DNA of 64,000 bases. Origin: Solirubrobacterales bacterium (GTDB lineage Bacteria > Actinomycetota > Thermoleophilia > Solirubrobacterales > 70-9). The position numbers and the translations under genes are program-made. Under the pieces are notes generated by a model, which worked only from the letters and a program-made list of their open reading frames with translations, made no database searches and was not told the origin of the DNA. The stretch covers positions 454-64,453 of the forward strand of contig DATFOB010000009.1 in assembly GCA_035266025.1 (NCBI GenBank). Reading direction: 5' to 3'. Shown here one piece after another: positions 47,486-55,984 of the stretch (position 1 is the stretch's first letter; every line of letters begins with the position of its first letter).

Positions 47486-48112
47486 TCAGCCGACCAGGAA
47501 GGGTTCGACGGATTTGAGGACGGTCTTCACGTCGGCAGGCTTGGCGAAGGCGCCGTCCGGGGTGATCGGTTCGCCCAGGAGGGTGTTGAGGACGGCGGCG
47601 TGCCGGCCCTCGACGCTGTGGATGGCAAGCGCCGAGGCCAGCACTTCCGGGCTCTTGATGTTGGCCGCCTGCCCGAGATAGGCCGCGGCGCCCAGGTTCT
47701 CCACCGTCCCCGCCAGTTCCAGCACCGACTTGGCGCTTTCGAGCGGGAATTTCGCTTTCGGTTCCGGCGCCGGCTTGCCGCCCAGCTGCTTGACCGCAGC
47801 GGTCAGCGCCTGCACGTGTTCGGCCTCCTCGCGGCCGAACTGGCGGATCGTCTCCAGCTCGGGGCCCTTGAAGAGACCGCTCTTGACGACGTCCGCGTAG
47901 AAGGCGGTCTCGAGGTACTCGAGGGTGAGGGCGTAGTTGAGGATGCCGATGTCGCCCTTGCCGAATTCGGCGGTTTCACTGGCGCCGCCGGAGCCCATCG
48001 AATCCATCGTCGCGGTCGTCGTGCCGCTGTCGTCGCCGCAGGCGGCGAGGAAGGCGGCCGCCGCGGTCGAGCCGCCGCCCACCGCGAGAAGCTTTCGTCT
48101 AGTTACATCCAT
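47486..48112 (-). CDS. Exported (Tat-like signal, lipobox) ferritin-like domain protein
   Basis: The ATG at 48112 gives MDVTRRKLLAVGGGSTAAAAFLAACGD. Further motifs are DIGILNYALTLEYLETAFY, EAEHVQALT and VEGRHAA. The upstream 138 codons of the track ORF were rejected. Confidence 0.75.
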   Translation of the reverse strand: MDVTRRKLLAVGGGSTAAAAFLAACGDDSGTTTATMDSMGSGGASETAEFGKGDIGILNYALTLEYLETAFYADVVKSGLFKGPELETIRQFGREEAEHVQALTAAVKQLGGKPAPEPKAKFPLESAKSVLELAGTVENLGAAAYLGQAANIKSPEVLASALAIHSVEGRHAAVLNTLLGEPITPDGAFAKPADVKTVLKSVEPFLVG

Positions 48113-48187
48113 CTGCACCGCCTCCTGTCCGTTTGCGTCCTGGCCCTCCTTACGGGTAGGGGCGTCGCGGTGGATCAGAATCCGTCG

Positions 48188-49048
48188 ATGACAGGACGAA
48201 CCCGCGGTGCGGCGCTGCTGGTGCTGGCGTCGATCGTCTCCGTGCAGTGCGGCTCGGCCCTGGCGACGAGCCTCTTTGACTCTGTCGGCGCGGCCGGGGC
48301 CGTCTTCCTGCGGGCAGCCTTCGGCGCACTGGTGCTGCTGGCGCTGACCCGGGCGGCGCCGCTGCGCGCGGCGGAGTGGCGCCACCGCGACGTCCTCCTC
48401 CTCGGCGCCGCCGTCGCCGCCGTCAACTTCTTCTTCTACGCCGCGCTCGAGCGCCTGCCGCTGGGGATCACGGTCACGCTCGAGTTCGTCGGGCCGCTCG
48501 GGGTGGCCGTCTTCGGCTCGCGCCAACGCCGCGACCTGCTCTGGGCCGCGCTGGCCGCTGCCGGCATCCTCCTCCTCTCCGACGGGGGCGGCGGCGAGGG
48601 AGTCGACCCCGTCGGGGTGGCGCTGGCCCTCACCGCGGGTCTCTTCTGGGCCGCCTACATCGTCCAGAGCGCCCGCGTGGGATCGCTCGGACCGGGCCTC
48701 GGCGGAGCGACGATGGCGGCAGTGATCTCCGCCGTCCTGATCGCGCCCTTCGGGATCGTTCAGGGCGCCGGCGAGTTTCTCGATCCAGCGGTCCTCGCCG
48801 CCGGCGCCGCGGTCGGCGTCCTCAGCACCGCGATCCCCTACGCGTTCGAGATCGAGGCGCTGCGCCGCCTCCCCCAGTCGGTCTTCGGCGTCCTCATGAG
48901 CCTGGAGCCGGCGGTCGCCGCGGCGATCGGGTTCCTCGCCCTATCCCAGGACCTCGCCCCGCTCGAAGTCCTCGCGATCGGCCTCGTCGTCCTCGCCTCG
49001 GCCGGGGCTTTGCACTCCGCCGCAACGCCGCCGCCGCAAGATCGCTAG
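48188..49048 (+). CDS. EamA/DMT-superfamily transporter (RhtA-like)
   Basis: Translation from the ATG at 48188 shows ten hydrophobic helices and two EamA-like halves (..FFFYAALERLPLGITVTLEFVGPL.., ..IPYAFEIEALRRLP..). Confidence 0.85.
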   Translation: MTGRTRGAALLVLASIVSVQCGSALATSLFDSVGAAGAVFLRAAFGALVLLALTRAAPLRAAEWRHRDVLLLGAAVAAVNFFFYAALERLPLGITVTLEFVGPLGVAVFGSRQRRDLLWAALAAAGILLLSDGGGGEGVDPVGVALALTAGLFWAAYIVQSARVGSLGPGLGGATMAAVISAVLIAPFGIVQGAGEFLDPAVLAAGAAVGVLSTAIPYAFEIEALRRLPQSVFGVLMSLEPAVAAAIGFLALSQDLAPLEVLAIGLVVLASAGALHSAATPPPQDR

Positions 49049-49084
49049 CTGAGTCATCAGCTCTAGCCCAATAAACGAAGAGGC

Positions 49085-49113
49085 TTGCCCATTTATCCCG
49101 CCGCGGCTAGAGT
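49085..49113 (+). promoter_or_regulatory. Sigma-70-type promoter giving a probably leaderless mRNA for the CSLREA protein gene
   Basis: TTGCCC (-35), an exact 17-nt spacer, then TAGAGT (-10). The GTG start at 49120 lies 7 nt downstream of the -10 box. Confidence 0.5.
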
Positions 49114-49119
49114 CGCCAC

Positions 49120-51381
49120 GTGCCAGTCAAGGGGGCAGGGAAGCTGCTCTGCTGCCGCGTGCTCGTCGCCGCGGCGGTCGTTCTTACCTGCCTGATTTTG
49201 CCTGCGACAGCCAGCGCCGAAACGTTTTTTGTCACCACCACCGCCGACGAAGCCGACGCCGCGGTGGGCAGCGAAGGCTGTCTCGCGGCCGGCGGCAAAT
49301 GCTCCCTCCGCGCCGCCCTCGAAGAGGCCAATGCCTCGCTCGGCGAATTCGACGAAGTCGTCCTCGAAGAAGGCGTCTTCGAAGGCCGCGCCACCGACGT
49401 CATCTTCCTGGGCAGCGCCCTGCCGACGATCGTCGATCCGATCCGGATCTTCGGCCGCGAATGTGAAACCGTTGCCGGGCCGGGGGAACCTTGCGGCGAG
49501 ATTCGCGGCCTCCCCAACGCACCGGCCCTGAGCGTGGAAGGTGTGGAAGGGGCGGAATTCGAAAGCCTCGTGGTCACCGGGGCTGAAGTTGGTCTGCTGG
49601 CGAAAGAGGCCCCGGGTATGAGGGTGCGCAGCAGCTGGTTCGGCATCGCCCTCGACGGCAGCGCCGCCGGCAACGCAACCGGCATCGAACTCGCCGAAGC
49701 CTCAGACGGAGCGCGGATCGGGGGCGAAGGACCCGAACCGAAAAATCTGCTGGCCAACAGCACCAAGACGGGGCTCAGCATCGTCGGGTCGAGCAAAACG
49801 AGGGTTCTGGGCAACGACTTCGGCCTCGCTCTTGGTGGCGGCGCCGGGCCGAACGGGATTGATCTGACAATTGCCTCCAAACCGGCTTTCCCAGCGCAGG
49901 ACAACATCGTCGGCACCAGGGTCAGCCCGGCCGCTGCCGCGACCCCCTCCTGCGACGGCGGCTGCAACCTCATCTCCGGCTCTGAGACGAGTGGCATCGA
50001 CCTCACCGGCAGCATCGGCTCCGGACCTGCGTCCGGGACCATCGTCGCCGGGAACCACATCGGCCTTGACCGTGCCGGAACCGGCTCGCTCGCAAACGCC
50101 GGCGTCGGGGTCCTGGTCGGCGCCGCGCCGCGTACCGTGATCGGCGGCCCGCGCCCGGAAGATGCGAACCGGATCGTCGGCGGCACCGTCGCCATCGCGT
50201 CCACCAACAGCGCGCCCTACCTCGTCATCCGCGGCAACTTGATCGGCTCGACCGCCACTGCTTCTGGGGCCGGAAGTCCGTTCGAAGGCGGCGTCGAGGT
50301 CGACTCCAGCGGTCTCACGCTGGTGGCCGAAGAGGCGCAGATCCTCGACAACGAGATAGGGCTCGACGGCGGCGCCGGCATCGTGCACTCGGGCCTCGCG
50401 GGTGAGATCTCCGGCAACTACGTCGGCGGCGCTGCGACCGGAATCGAGATCGGCAGCGCGGAAAGCCTTGTCGAATCCAACACCGTCGAGGCGCCGGAAG
50501 ATGTGGGGATCCTGGTCGAAAACGGGTTCAACTCGCTTCTCGGCAACCACATTGTCAATAGCGGTGGAGCGGGCATCCGCGTCGAGGGGAGCGGGCTCTT
50601 CGGAGTCAGCGGCAACGTGATCGGCGGCGGCTCTGACGCATCCGAGAACGAGATCGACGGCAGTCACGGAAACGCCATCGAAATCATCAACCCGAAAGCA
50701 AGCCGCACCGAAGTCTCCCGCAACCGTGGCTCTGGCAACGGCGGGCTCTTCATCGACCTCGTCGCCTCCAACCCGGACCCCACGGACCTTGATCCCGGTG
50801 ATCCCAATGGCGGGATCCTGCCGCCCCCGATCGCCGTTCTCTCCGGGGCCGGCGCGGCCGGATTCGCCGAACCGGGAGCAACGGTGAGGGTGTTCCGCAA
50901 GGCCGGCCCAGCGGCAGGGGAGATCCAGTCCTTCCTCGGCCAGGCATCCCCCGACGATGCGGGCAACTGGAGCCTCGAATTCCCCGCACCGCTGCCGGCA
51001 GGAACGCCGATCGCCGCGACCCAGACGCTCGGAAGCGGAACTTCAGAGCTCGAGATCACTGCCGTCCCCCTGCTGGAGGATGCCCAGCTCGGACAGGTCG
51101 CCGGCGGCGCGGCGAGCGTCCGCAAGCCGCCGCGGACGAGGATGCTGAAGCAGCCACGGAAGGTCCGAGCAGGCCGGGCCGCCACCTTCTCCTTCGCCTC
51201 GAACGAGGCCGGCTCCAGCTTTCAATGCAGCCTTGACCGCGCCGAGTTCAAGCCGTGCAAATCGCCGAAGCGCTACCGCGCCTTAAAACCTGGCAAGCAC
51301 CTCTTCCGTGTGCGGGCGGTCGATCCGGCCGGCAACGTCGACCGCACGCCGGTGCGAAGGAGGTTCGAGGTCATTGGCTAG
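49120..51381 (+). CDS. Secreted CSLREA-domain, right-handed parallel beta-helix repeat protein
   Basis: Signal peptide LVAAAVVLTCLILPATASA, then GKCSLRAALEEANAS. There are many approximately 22-aa beta-helix turns (..NxIxGN..G.GI..). The C-terminal Ig-like domain reads ATFSFASNEAGSSFQCSLD...LFRVRAVDPAGNVD. Confidence 0.8.
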   Translation: MPVKGAGKLLCCRVLVAAAVVLTCLILPATASAETFFVTTTADEADAAVGSEGCLAAGGKCSLRAALEEANASLGEFDEVVLEEGVFEGRATDVIFLGSALPTIVDPIRIFGRECETVAGPGEPCGEIRGLPNAPALSVEGVEGAEFESLVVTGAEVGLLAKEAPGMRVRSSWFGIALDGSAAGNATGIELAEASDGARIGGEGPEPKNLLANSTKTGLSIVGSSKTRVLGNDFGLALGGGAGPNGIDLTIASKPAFPAQDNIVGTRVSPAAAATPSCDGGCNLISGSETSGIDLTGSIGSGPASGTIVAGNHIGLDRAGTGSLANAGVGVLVGAAPRTVIGGPRPEDANRIVGGTVAIASTNSAPYLVIRGNLIGSTATASGAGSPFEGGVEVDSSGLTLVAEEAQILDNEIGLDGGAGIVHSGLAGEISGNYVGGAATGIEIGSAESLVESNTVEAPEDVGILVENGFNSLLGNHIVNSGGAGIRVEGSGLFGVSGNVIGGGSDASENEIDGSHGNAIEIINPKASRTEVSRNRGSGNGGLFIDLVASNPDPTDLDPGDPNGGILPPPIAVLSGAGAAGFAEPGATVRVFRKAGPAAGEIQSFLGQASPDDAGNWSLEFPAPLPAGTPIAATQTLGSGTSELEITAVPLLEDAQLGQVAGGAASVRKPPRTRMLKQPRKVRAGRAATFSFASNEAGSSFQCSLDRAEFKPCKSPKRYRALKPGKHLFRVRAVDPAGNVDRTPVRRRFEVIG

Positions 51382-51385
51382 ATGG

Positions 51386-52348
51386 GTGGCGCTGGTGGCC
51401 GTGGCGCTGGCGGCTTTGACTCCGGCCGCCGCCGGCGCCGCGGAGATCGTCAATGGCGGCTTCGAGTCCGGCGACTTCGCCGGCTGGGAGGTGCGGCAAT
51501 CGACCGGCGCCGGCAAGTGGTACGCGCACAGAGGCACCGAGCCGCCGATCCCGCATGAGCGGGGAGCCGTCTCCGTGCAGCCGCCGCCGCAGGGCGCATA
51601 CGCCGCGATCGCCGACGAGATCAACCCGGAGACGCTGTTGCTCTACCAGGACCTGCAGCTCGAGCCGGGTACCGCCTACAAACTCAGCCTCCTCGCCTAC
51701 TACGACTCCTACTCGGCGCTCACGACTCCGTCGCCGGACACCCTCTCGGTGGACGGAGAAGTGCTCGGCCCAAAGTCAAACCAGCAGTTCCGAATTGACG
51801 TGATGAAGGCAGGCTCGCCCCCCGACTCGGTCGACCCGAACGACGTCCTCATCAACCTCTTCAGCACCAGGAGCGGCGGCGCGCGGAAGATGGAGCCGAC
51901 CCAGCTCGTCGGCGACCTCGCCCCCTTCGCCGGTCAGACCGTGCGCCTGCGGATTGCCGTCGCCGCGACCGAGGAAGTGCTCAGCGCCGGGGTCGACGCC
52001 GTCGCACTCTCCTCGCCCGACGGCACCTTCCGGCAATCGCAGTCGCTTCGAATCCGCCCTCTCAAAGCGAAAGCGAACCTGAAGACCGGGACCGTCCTGC
52101 TACCGGTCCTGGTGCCCGAGGCGGGTCGCCTGGTCGCAACCAGCCGGGGCGGAAAAGCGAAGGGGGCATCGGCCGAGCCGGCAAAGGCCGGCGTCGTTCG
52201 CCTGCGCCTGCGGCCCAGCCGAAAAGGGCGCTCCATCCTCGAGCGGCGGCACAAGCTCCGGGTCGGGGTGACCCTCGTCTGGCAACCCGTGACGGGAGGA
52301 CGGCAGAAGCTTCGCGTCCCAATCGTCTTCCAACTCAAGAATTCTTGA
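51386..52348 (+). CDS. Secreted protein with an N-terminal galactose-binding/CBM-like domain and an Arg-rich C-terminal domain
   Basis: The GTG at 51386 gives a signal peptide ALVAVALAALTPAAAGAAE. It continues IVNGGFESGDFAGWEV. The C-terminal segment reads GVVRLRLRPSRKGRSILERRHKLRVGVTLVWQP. Confidence 0.65.
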   Translation: MALVAVALAALTPAAAGAAEIVNGGFESGDFAGWEVRQSTGAGKWYAHRGTEPPIPHERGAVSVQPPPQGAYAAIADEINPETLLLYQDLQLEPGTAYKLSLLAYYDSYSALTTPSPDTLSVDGEVLGPKSNQQFRIDVMKAGSPPDSVDPNDVLINLFSTRSGGARKMEPTQLVGDLAPFAGQTVRLRIAVAATEEVLSAGVDAVALSSPDGTFRQSQSLRIRPLKAKANLKTGTVLLPVLVPEAGRLVATSRGGKAKGASAEPAKAGVVRLRLRPSRKGRSILERRHKLRVGVTLVWQPVTGGRQKLRVPIVFQLKNS

Positions 52349-52404
52349 ATATAGTCGTTCTCTTCCAGTCAATGCCGCTGTAGCGGCAAGAGAAAGGGAG
52401 AGAC

Positions 52405-52968
52405 ATGAACAACCAGAAAAGGCTGGCGGTCGCTATCGCCGCGATCGCCTGCTTCGTGCTGGCCTTCCCGGTCCTGGCGCAAGCCGCAGTGTGGAAACAC
52501 AACGGCGTCAACCTGGCCAAATTCGTCGAATTGAGCCTGCCAGGGGGCGAAAACTTCGAAACCGAAGTTAGCGGCGAATGGAGCGGGATGAACTGCGAAG
52601 TTCGGGCGGTGATGACGACCGAAGGCGGCAGCACGGCGAAAATCACCAAATACGAAATCAAAAGCTGCGCCAAAGGCTTCGGGAAAATGTCGAGCTGCAC
52701 CGTGGTCGCAAAGGAAGCGAAAGGGCTGCCGTGGACGGTTCACGTCAACGCCACTGACCTGACGATCACAAACATGCGGGTGAGGCGGACCTTCAACGCC
52801 GGCTGTCCGGTGACCGAACTCGACAAAACCTTCACGTCGATGACATTGACGCTGAACACGCCTTCGAAAATCACGGAAATGGAATTCAGCGGCGCCCTCG
52901 CCGGCTACAAGGCCTTCGGCTCCTGGAAAGTCGAAGGGACCAACTCCGGCACATACGGAATCGGCTGA
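52405..52968 (+). CDS. Small secreted Cys-containing protein, lower G+C (possibly the same family as 19916..20446)
   Basis: The ATG is preceded by GGGAGAG. The signal peptide is MNNQKRLAVAIAAIACFVLAFPVLAQA. The mature protein has 4 Cys and is beta-rich and Thr/Lys-rich. Confidence 0.7.
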   Translation: MNNQKRLAVAIAAIACFVLAFPVLAQAAVWKHNGVNLAKFVELSLPGGENFETEVSGEWSGMNCEVRAVMTTEGGSTAKITKYEIKSCAKGFGKMSSCTVVAKEAKGLPWTVHVNATDLTITNMRVRRTFNAGCPVTELDKTFTSMTLTLNTPSKITEMEFSGALAGYKAFGSWKVEGTNSGTYGIG

Positions 52969-52977
52969 TCCGAGCTG

Positions 52978-54069
52978 CTAGGACCGCAGGCGGTCGAGGG
53001 CGGTCGCGATCCGCGAGACGCCCTCGGCGGCGCGGTCCGCCGGCACCGGCGCGAAGGAGAGACGGAGGCTGTTCGCGCCCCCCTCGATCATGAAGTCGGG
53101 GCCGGCGACGAAGGAGACGCCGTCAGCTTTCGCCTCGGCGAGGAGGGCCGTGCTGTCAGTGCCCTCGGCGAGGTCGAGCCAAAGGAAATAGCCGCCGTCG
53201 GGGACGACGAACTCGGCCTCTGAGATCTGCTCGCGCAGCGCCTGCACCAGCGCCTCGCAGCGCGCTTTCAGCTCGCCTTTGACGAACTCGATGTTGCGGT
53301 CGAGCTCCCCGCTCCGGCAGAGCTCGAGGACGATCGACTCGGCCAGCATGTTCGGCGAGATGTAGGTCTCGTTCGCTTTCTTCGCCAGCTTCTTGATCTC
53401 CTCCGTCGGACCGGCGAGGTAGCCGACGCGGACACCCGGGCTGACGGTCTTCGAGAAGGAGGAGGCGTGGATGACCTTGCCGCCCTCGTCCATCGAGAGC
53501 ATCGTCTCCAGCGGCTCGCCCTCGAAGGGCAGCTCCCGGTAGGGGTCGTCCTCGAAGATCCAGAAGTCGTGCTCGGCGGCGAGCTCGACCAGGCGCCGGC
53601 GCTTCTCCACCGAAAGCGTGCAGCCGGCAGGGTTGTGGGCGTTGGCGATGACGTGGGCGAGCTTGATCGACCCCTGCTCAAGGGCCGCTTCGAGCTGCGC
53701 GACGTCGAGCCCGTCGGCCTCCAGCCGCACCGGCACCAGCTCGACGCCGAGCTGCTGCAGGAGGAGCAGGGTGCGGTCGTAGGTCGGCTGCTCGACGACG
53801 ACGCGGTCACCGGGACCGAGCAGATGCTGAAAGAGCATCGCCCCTGCCTCCAGCGAGCCGTTGGTGATCATCACCTGCGCCGGATCGAGGTCCCCGTGCC
53901 GCTCCGCCACCCATTGGCAGAGGCCGGGATGGCCGATCCCGACGCCGTAGGAGAGGGCGGTTTCCCAGTCGGAAGCAAGCGCCCTCGAAGCCGCCTCCCG
54001 CACCTGCTCGTGGGGGAGGATGTCGGCGCTGGGAGCGCCGCGCGCGAATGAAATCGTGTCGCCGGCCAT
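52978..54069 (-). CDS. PLP-dependent aminotransferase, class I/II (2-aminoadipate/LysN-like)
   Basis: It shows ISFARGAPSADILP, NGSLEA, NAHNPAG, FEDDPYREL and the PLP-Lys context SSFSKTVSPGVRVGY. Confidence 0.85.
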   Translation of the reverse strand: MAGDTISFARGAPSADILPHEQVREAASRALASDWETALSYGVGIGHPGLCQWVAERHGDLDPAQVMITNGSLEAGAMLFQHLLGPGDRVVVEQPTYDRTLLLLQQLGVELVPVRLEADGLDVAQLEAALEQGSIKLAHVIANAHNPAGCTLSVEKRRRLVELAAEHDFWIFEDDPYRELPFEGEPLETMLSMDEGGKVIHASSFSKTVSPGVRVGYLAGPTEEIKKLAKKANETYISPNMLAESIVLELCRSGELDRNIEFVKGELKARCEALVQALREQISEAEFVVPDGGYFLWLDLAEGTDSTALLAEAKADGVSFVAGPDFMIEGGANSLRLSFAPVPADRAAEGVSRIATALDRLRS

Positions 54070-54151
54070 CGAGCGACGACCCTAGCAACGCTCCACCGTC
54101 CCCCGATCCCCGGCCGTTGCGCAATTCGCAGCCGTCACGGGGGGCGAATCA

Positions 54152-54203
54152 GGGCGTGTCTGACCTTGACCGTCATATATGACGGGAAGAGTCAGACACG
54201 CCC
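54152..54203. repeat. Nested palindromic repeat, family A, copy 3
   Basis: GGGCGTGTCTGAC-cttga-CCGTCATATATGACGG-gaaga-GTCAGACACGCCC. The outer stem is a perfect 13 bp and the inner part is a perfect 16-nt palindrome. Confidence 0.9.
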
Positions 54204-55102
54204 AATGGGAGCGGCGCCTCGAGGAACTGGCGACCCGGCAACACGGGGTGGTTTCACATGCGCAGCTCTTAGCTTTGGGATTCGACGAGCAGTGGATCGA
54301 GAGACGGCTGCGGGAGCGACGCCTTATCGCGCTTCATCGCAACGTCTATGCCGTTGGCCATCACCGACTCACCATCCGAGCACCATGGTGGGCGGCAATT
54401 CTCGCCTACGGGCCCAATGCCGTTCTCAGTCATCAATCGGCCGCGATCCTCTGGGGCTTTCGACGATCGCGGGGTGGGCCCGTTCATGTCACCGCGCGGC
54501 AGGGTCGCCAGGGTCTGCGGCGCCGCAAGGGCATCTGGATCCATCGCAACAAGTTCGGCCCAGAGGATGTCTTGATCCAAGCCGGCTTCCCGGTCACCAC
54601 CGTTGCCCGCACCCTCTTCGACGTAGCCGAAGTCGCGCCGTTCGATTCGCTCAAGGGGGCCGCCGAGGAGGCCGATCGGTTGAAACTGCTGCAACTTCGG
54701 GCGCTTGAGGAGGTCTGCGAACGCGGGCACGGACGCCGGGCCTTGCGGCCGATGCGGCGACTGATCGCCGAGCTGCACGCACCGGACGAGGGGCGCTCGC
54801 CGCTGGAGATCCGATTTCCGGCCTTCGTCCGCGAGTACAGGCTCCCCAATCCAGCGCAGAACGTCGACGTGTTGGGCCACGAGGTCGACGCGCTCTGGCC
54901 GGACGCGAAGCTGATCGTCGAGCTCGACAGCTGGGAACATCATGGTCACCGCGCCGCCTTCGAGCGTGACCGCGCCCGCGACCCGAACCTGATGATCGCC
55001 GGCTACCGGACGATCCGCGTCACCCACCGGCGCCTGGACCGGGAACCCGCGCGGCTTGCCGAACAGATCCGCCAGCTACTTGCGATGCCGCCCGCGCCCT
55101 GA
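54179..55102 (+). CDS. AbiEi_4-like N-terminal domain plus DUF559 (Vsr-like endonuclease fold) protein
   Basis: It shows LATRQHGVVSHAQLLALGFDEQWIERRLRERRLIALHRNVYAVG and a C-terminal VDALWPDAKLIVELDSWEHH.....RDRARDPNLMIAGYRTIRVT. The only in-frame ATG/GTG/TTG start sits in the centre of repeat A copy 3. Confidence 0.8.
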   Translation: MTGRVRHAQWERRLEELATRQHGVVSHAQLLALGFDEQWIERRLRERRLIALHRNVYAVGHHRLTIRAPWWAAILAYGPNAVLSHQSAAILWGFRRSRGGPVHVTARQGRQGLRRRKGIWIHRNKFGPEDVLIQAGFPVTTVARTLFDVAEVAPFDSLKGAAEEADRLKLLQLRALEEVCERGHGRRALRPMRRLIAELHAPDEGRSPLEIRFPAFVREYRLPNPAQNVDVLGHEVDALWPDAKLIVELDSWEHHGHRAAFERDRARDPNLMIAGYRTIRVTHRRLDREPARLAEQIRQLLAMPPAP

Positions 55103-55108
55103 CTCGAC

Positions 55109-55984
55109 TCAGAGGGAGCGGAGCATCTCGGCCGCGATCGCGGCCGTCTCGGTCGGGCTTTCGCCGACCCGCACGCCCTTTGCTTCGAGCGCGTCTTTCT
55201 TCGCCTGCGCGGTGCCGGAGGAGCCGGAGATGATCGCGCCGGCGTGGCCCATCTGCTTGCCCGGAGGGGCGGTGAAGCCCGCGATGTAGGCGACGACGGG
55301 CTTGGAGACCTCGGCGGCGATGAACTCGGCCGCCCGCTCCTCGGCGTCGCCGCCGATCTCGCCGACCATGACGATCAGCTCGGTCTCGGGGTCAGCCTCG
55401 TACATGGTGAGGATGTCGATGAAGTCCGAGCCGACGATCGGGTCGCCGCCGATGCCGACGATCGAGGAGTTGCCGGTGCCGGCCTGCTTCAGCTCGTTAC
55501 CGATCTGGTAGGTCAGGGTACCGCTCTTGGAGACGACGCCGATCGGCCCCGGGTCGAAGAACTGGGCCGGGATGATGCCGACATTGGCCCTGCCGGGCGA
55601 GAGGACGCCGGGGCAGTTCGGGCCGATCAGCTGGACGCCCGCCTCCTTCGCCTTCCAGTAGGTGGAGAGCATGTCGAGGACGGGGATCCCCTCGGTGATC
55701 GCGATCACCGTCTCGACGCCGGAGTCGATCGCCTCGTCGATTGCGGCGGCGGCGAAGCGGGCGGGGACGAAGATCATCGAGGTGTTGGCGCCGGCCTCGG
55801 TGACCGCGTCTTTGATCGTGTCGAAAACCGGCACCCCCTCGACGTCCTGGCCGCCCTTGCCGGGCGTGACGCCGGCGACGAGGTCGGTTCCGTAGGCCTT
55901 GTTGCGGAGGCCGTGGAAGGAGCCCTCGCGTCCGGTCAGGCCGGAGACCGCGAGCTTCGTGTTCTCGCCGACGATGATGCTCAT
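55109..55984 (-). CDS. sucD: Succinate--CoA ligase (ADP-forming) subunit alpha
   Basis: It shows [21 protein letters not shown] and the phospho-His context GHAGAIISG. Its start forms an ATGA overlap with sucC. Confidence 0.95.
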   Translation of the reverse strand: MSIIVGENTKLAVSGLTGREGSFHGLRNKAYGTDLVAGVTPGKGGQDVEGVPVFDTIKDAVTEAGANTSMIFVPARFAAAAIDEAIDSGVETVIAITEGIPVLDMLSTYWKAKEAGVQLIGPNCPGVLSPGRANVGIIPAQFFDPGPIGVVSKSGTLTYQIGNELKQAGTGNSSIVGIGGDPIVGSDFIDILTMYEADPETELIVMVGEIGGDAEERAAEFIAAEVSKPVVAYIAGFTAPPGKQMGHAGAIISGSSGTAQAKKDALEAKGVRVGESPTETAAIAAEMLRSL

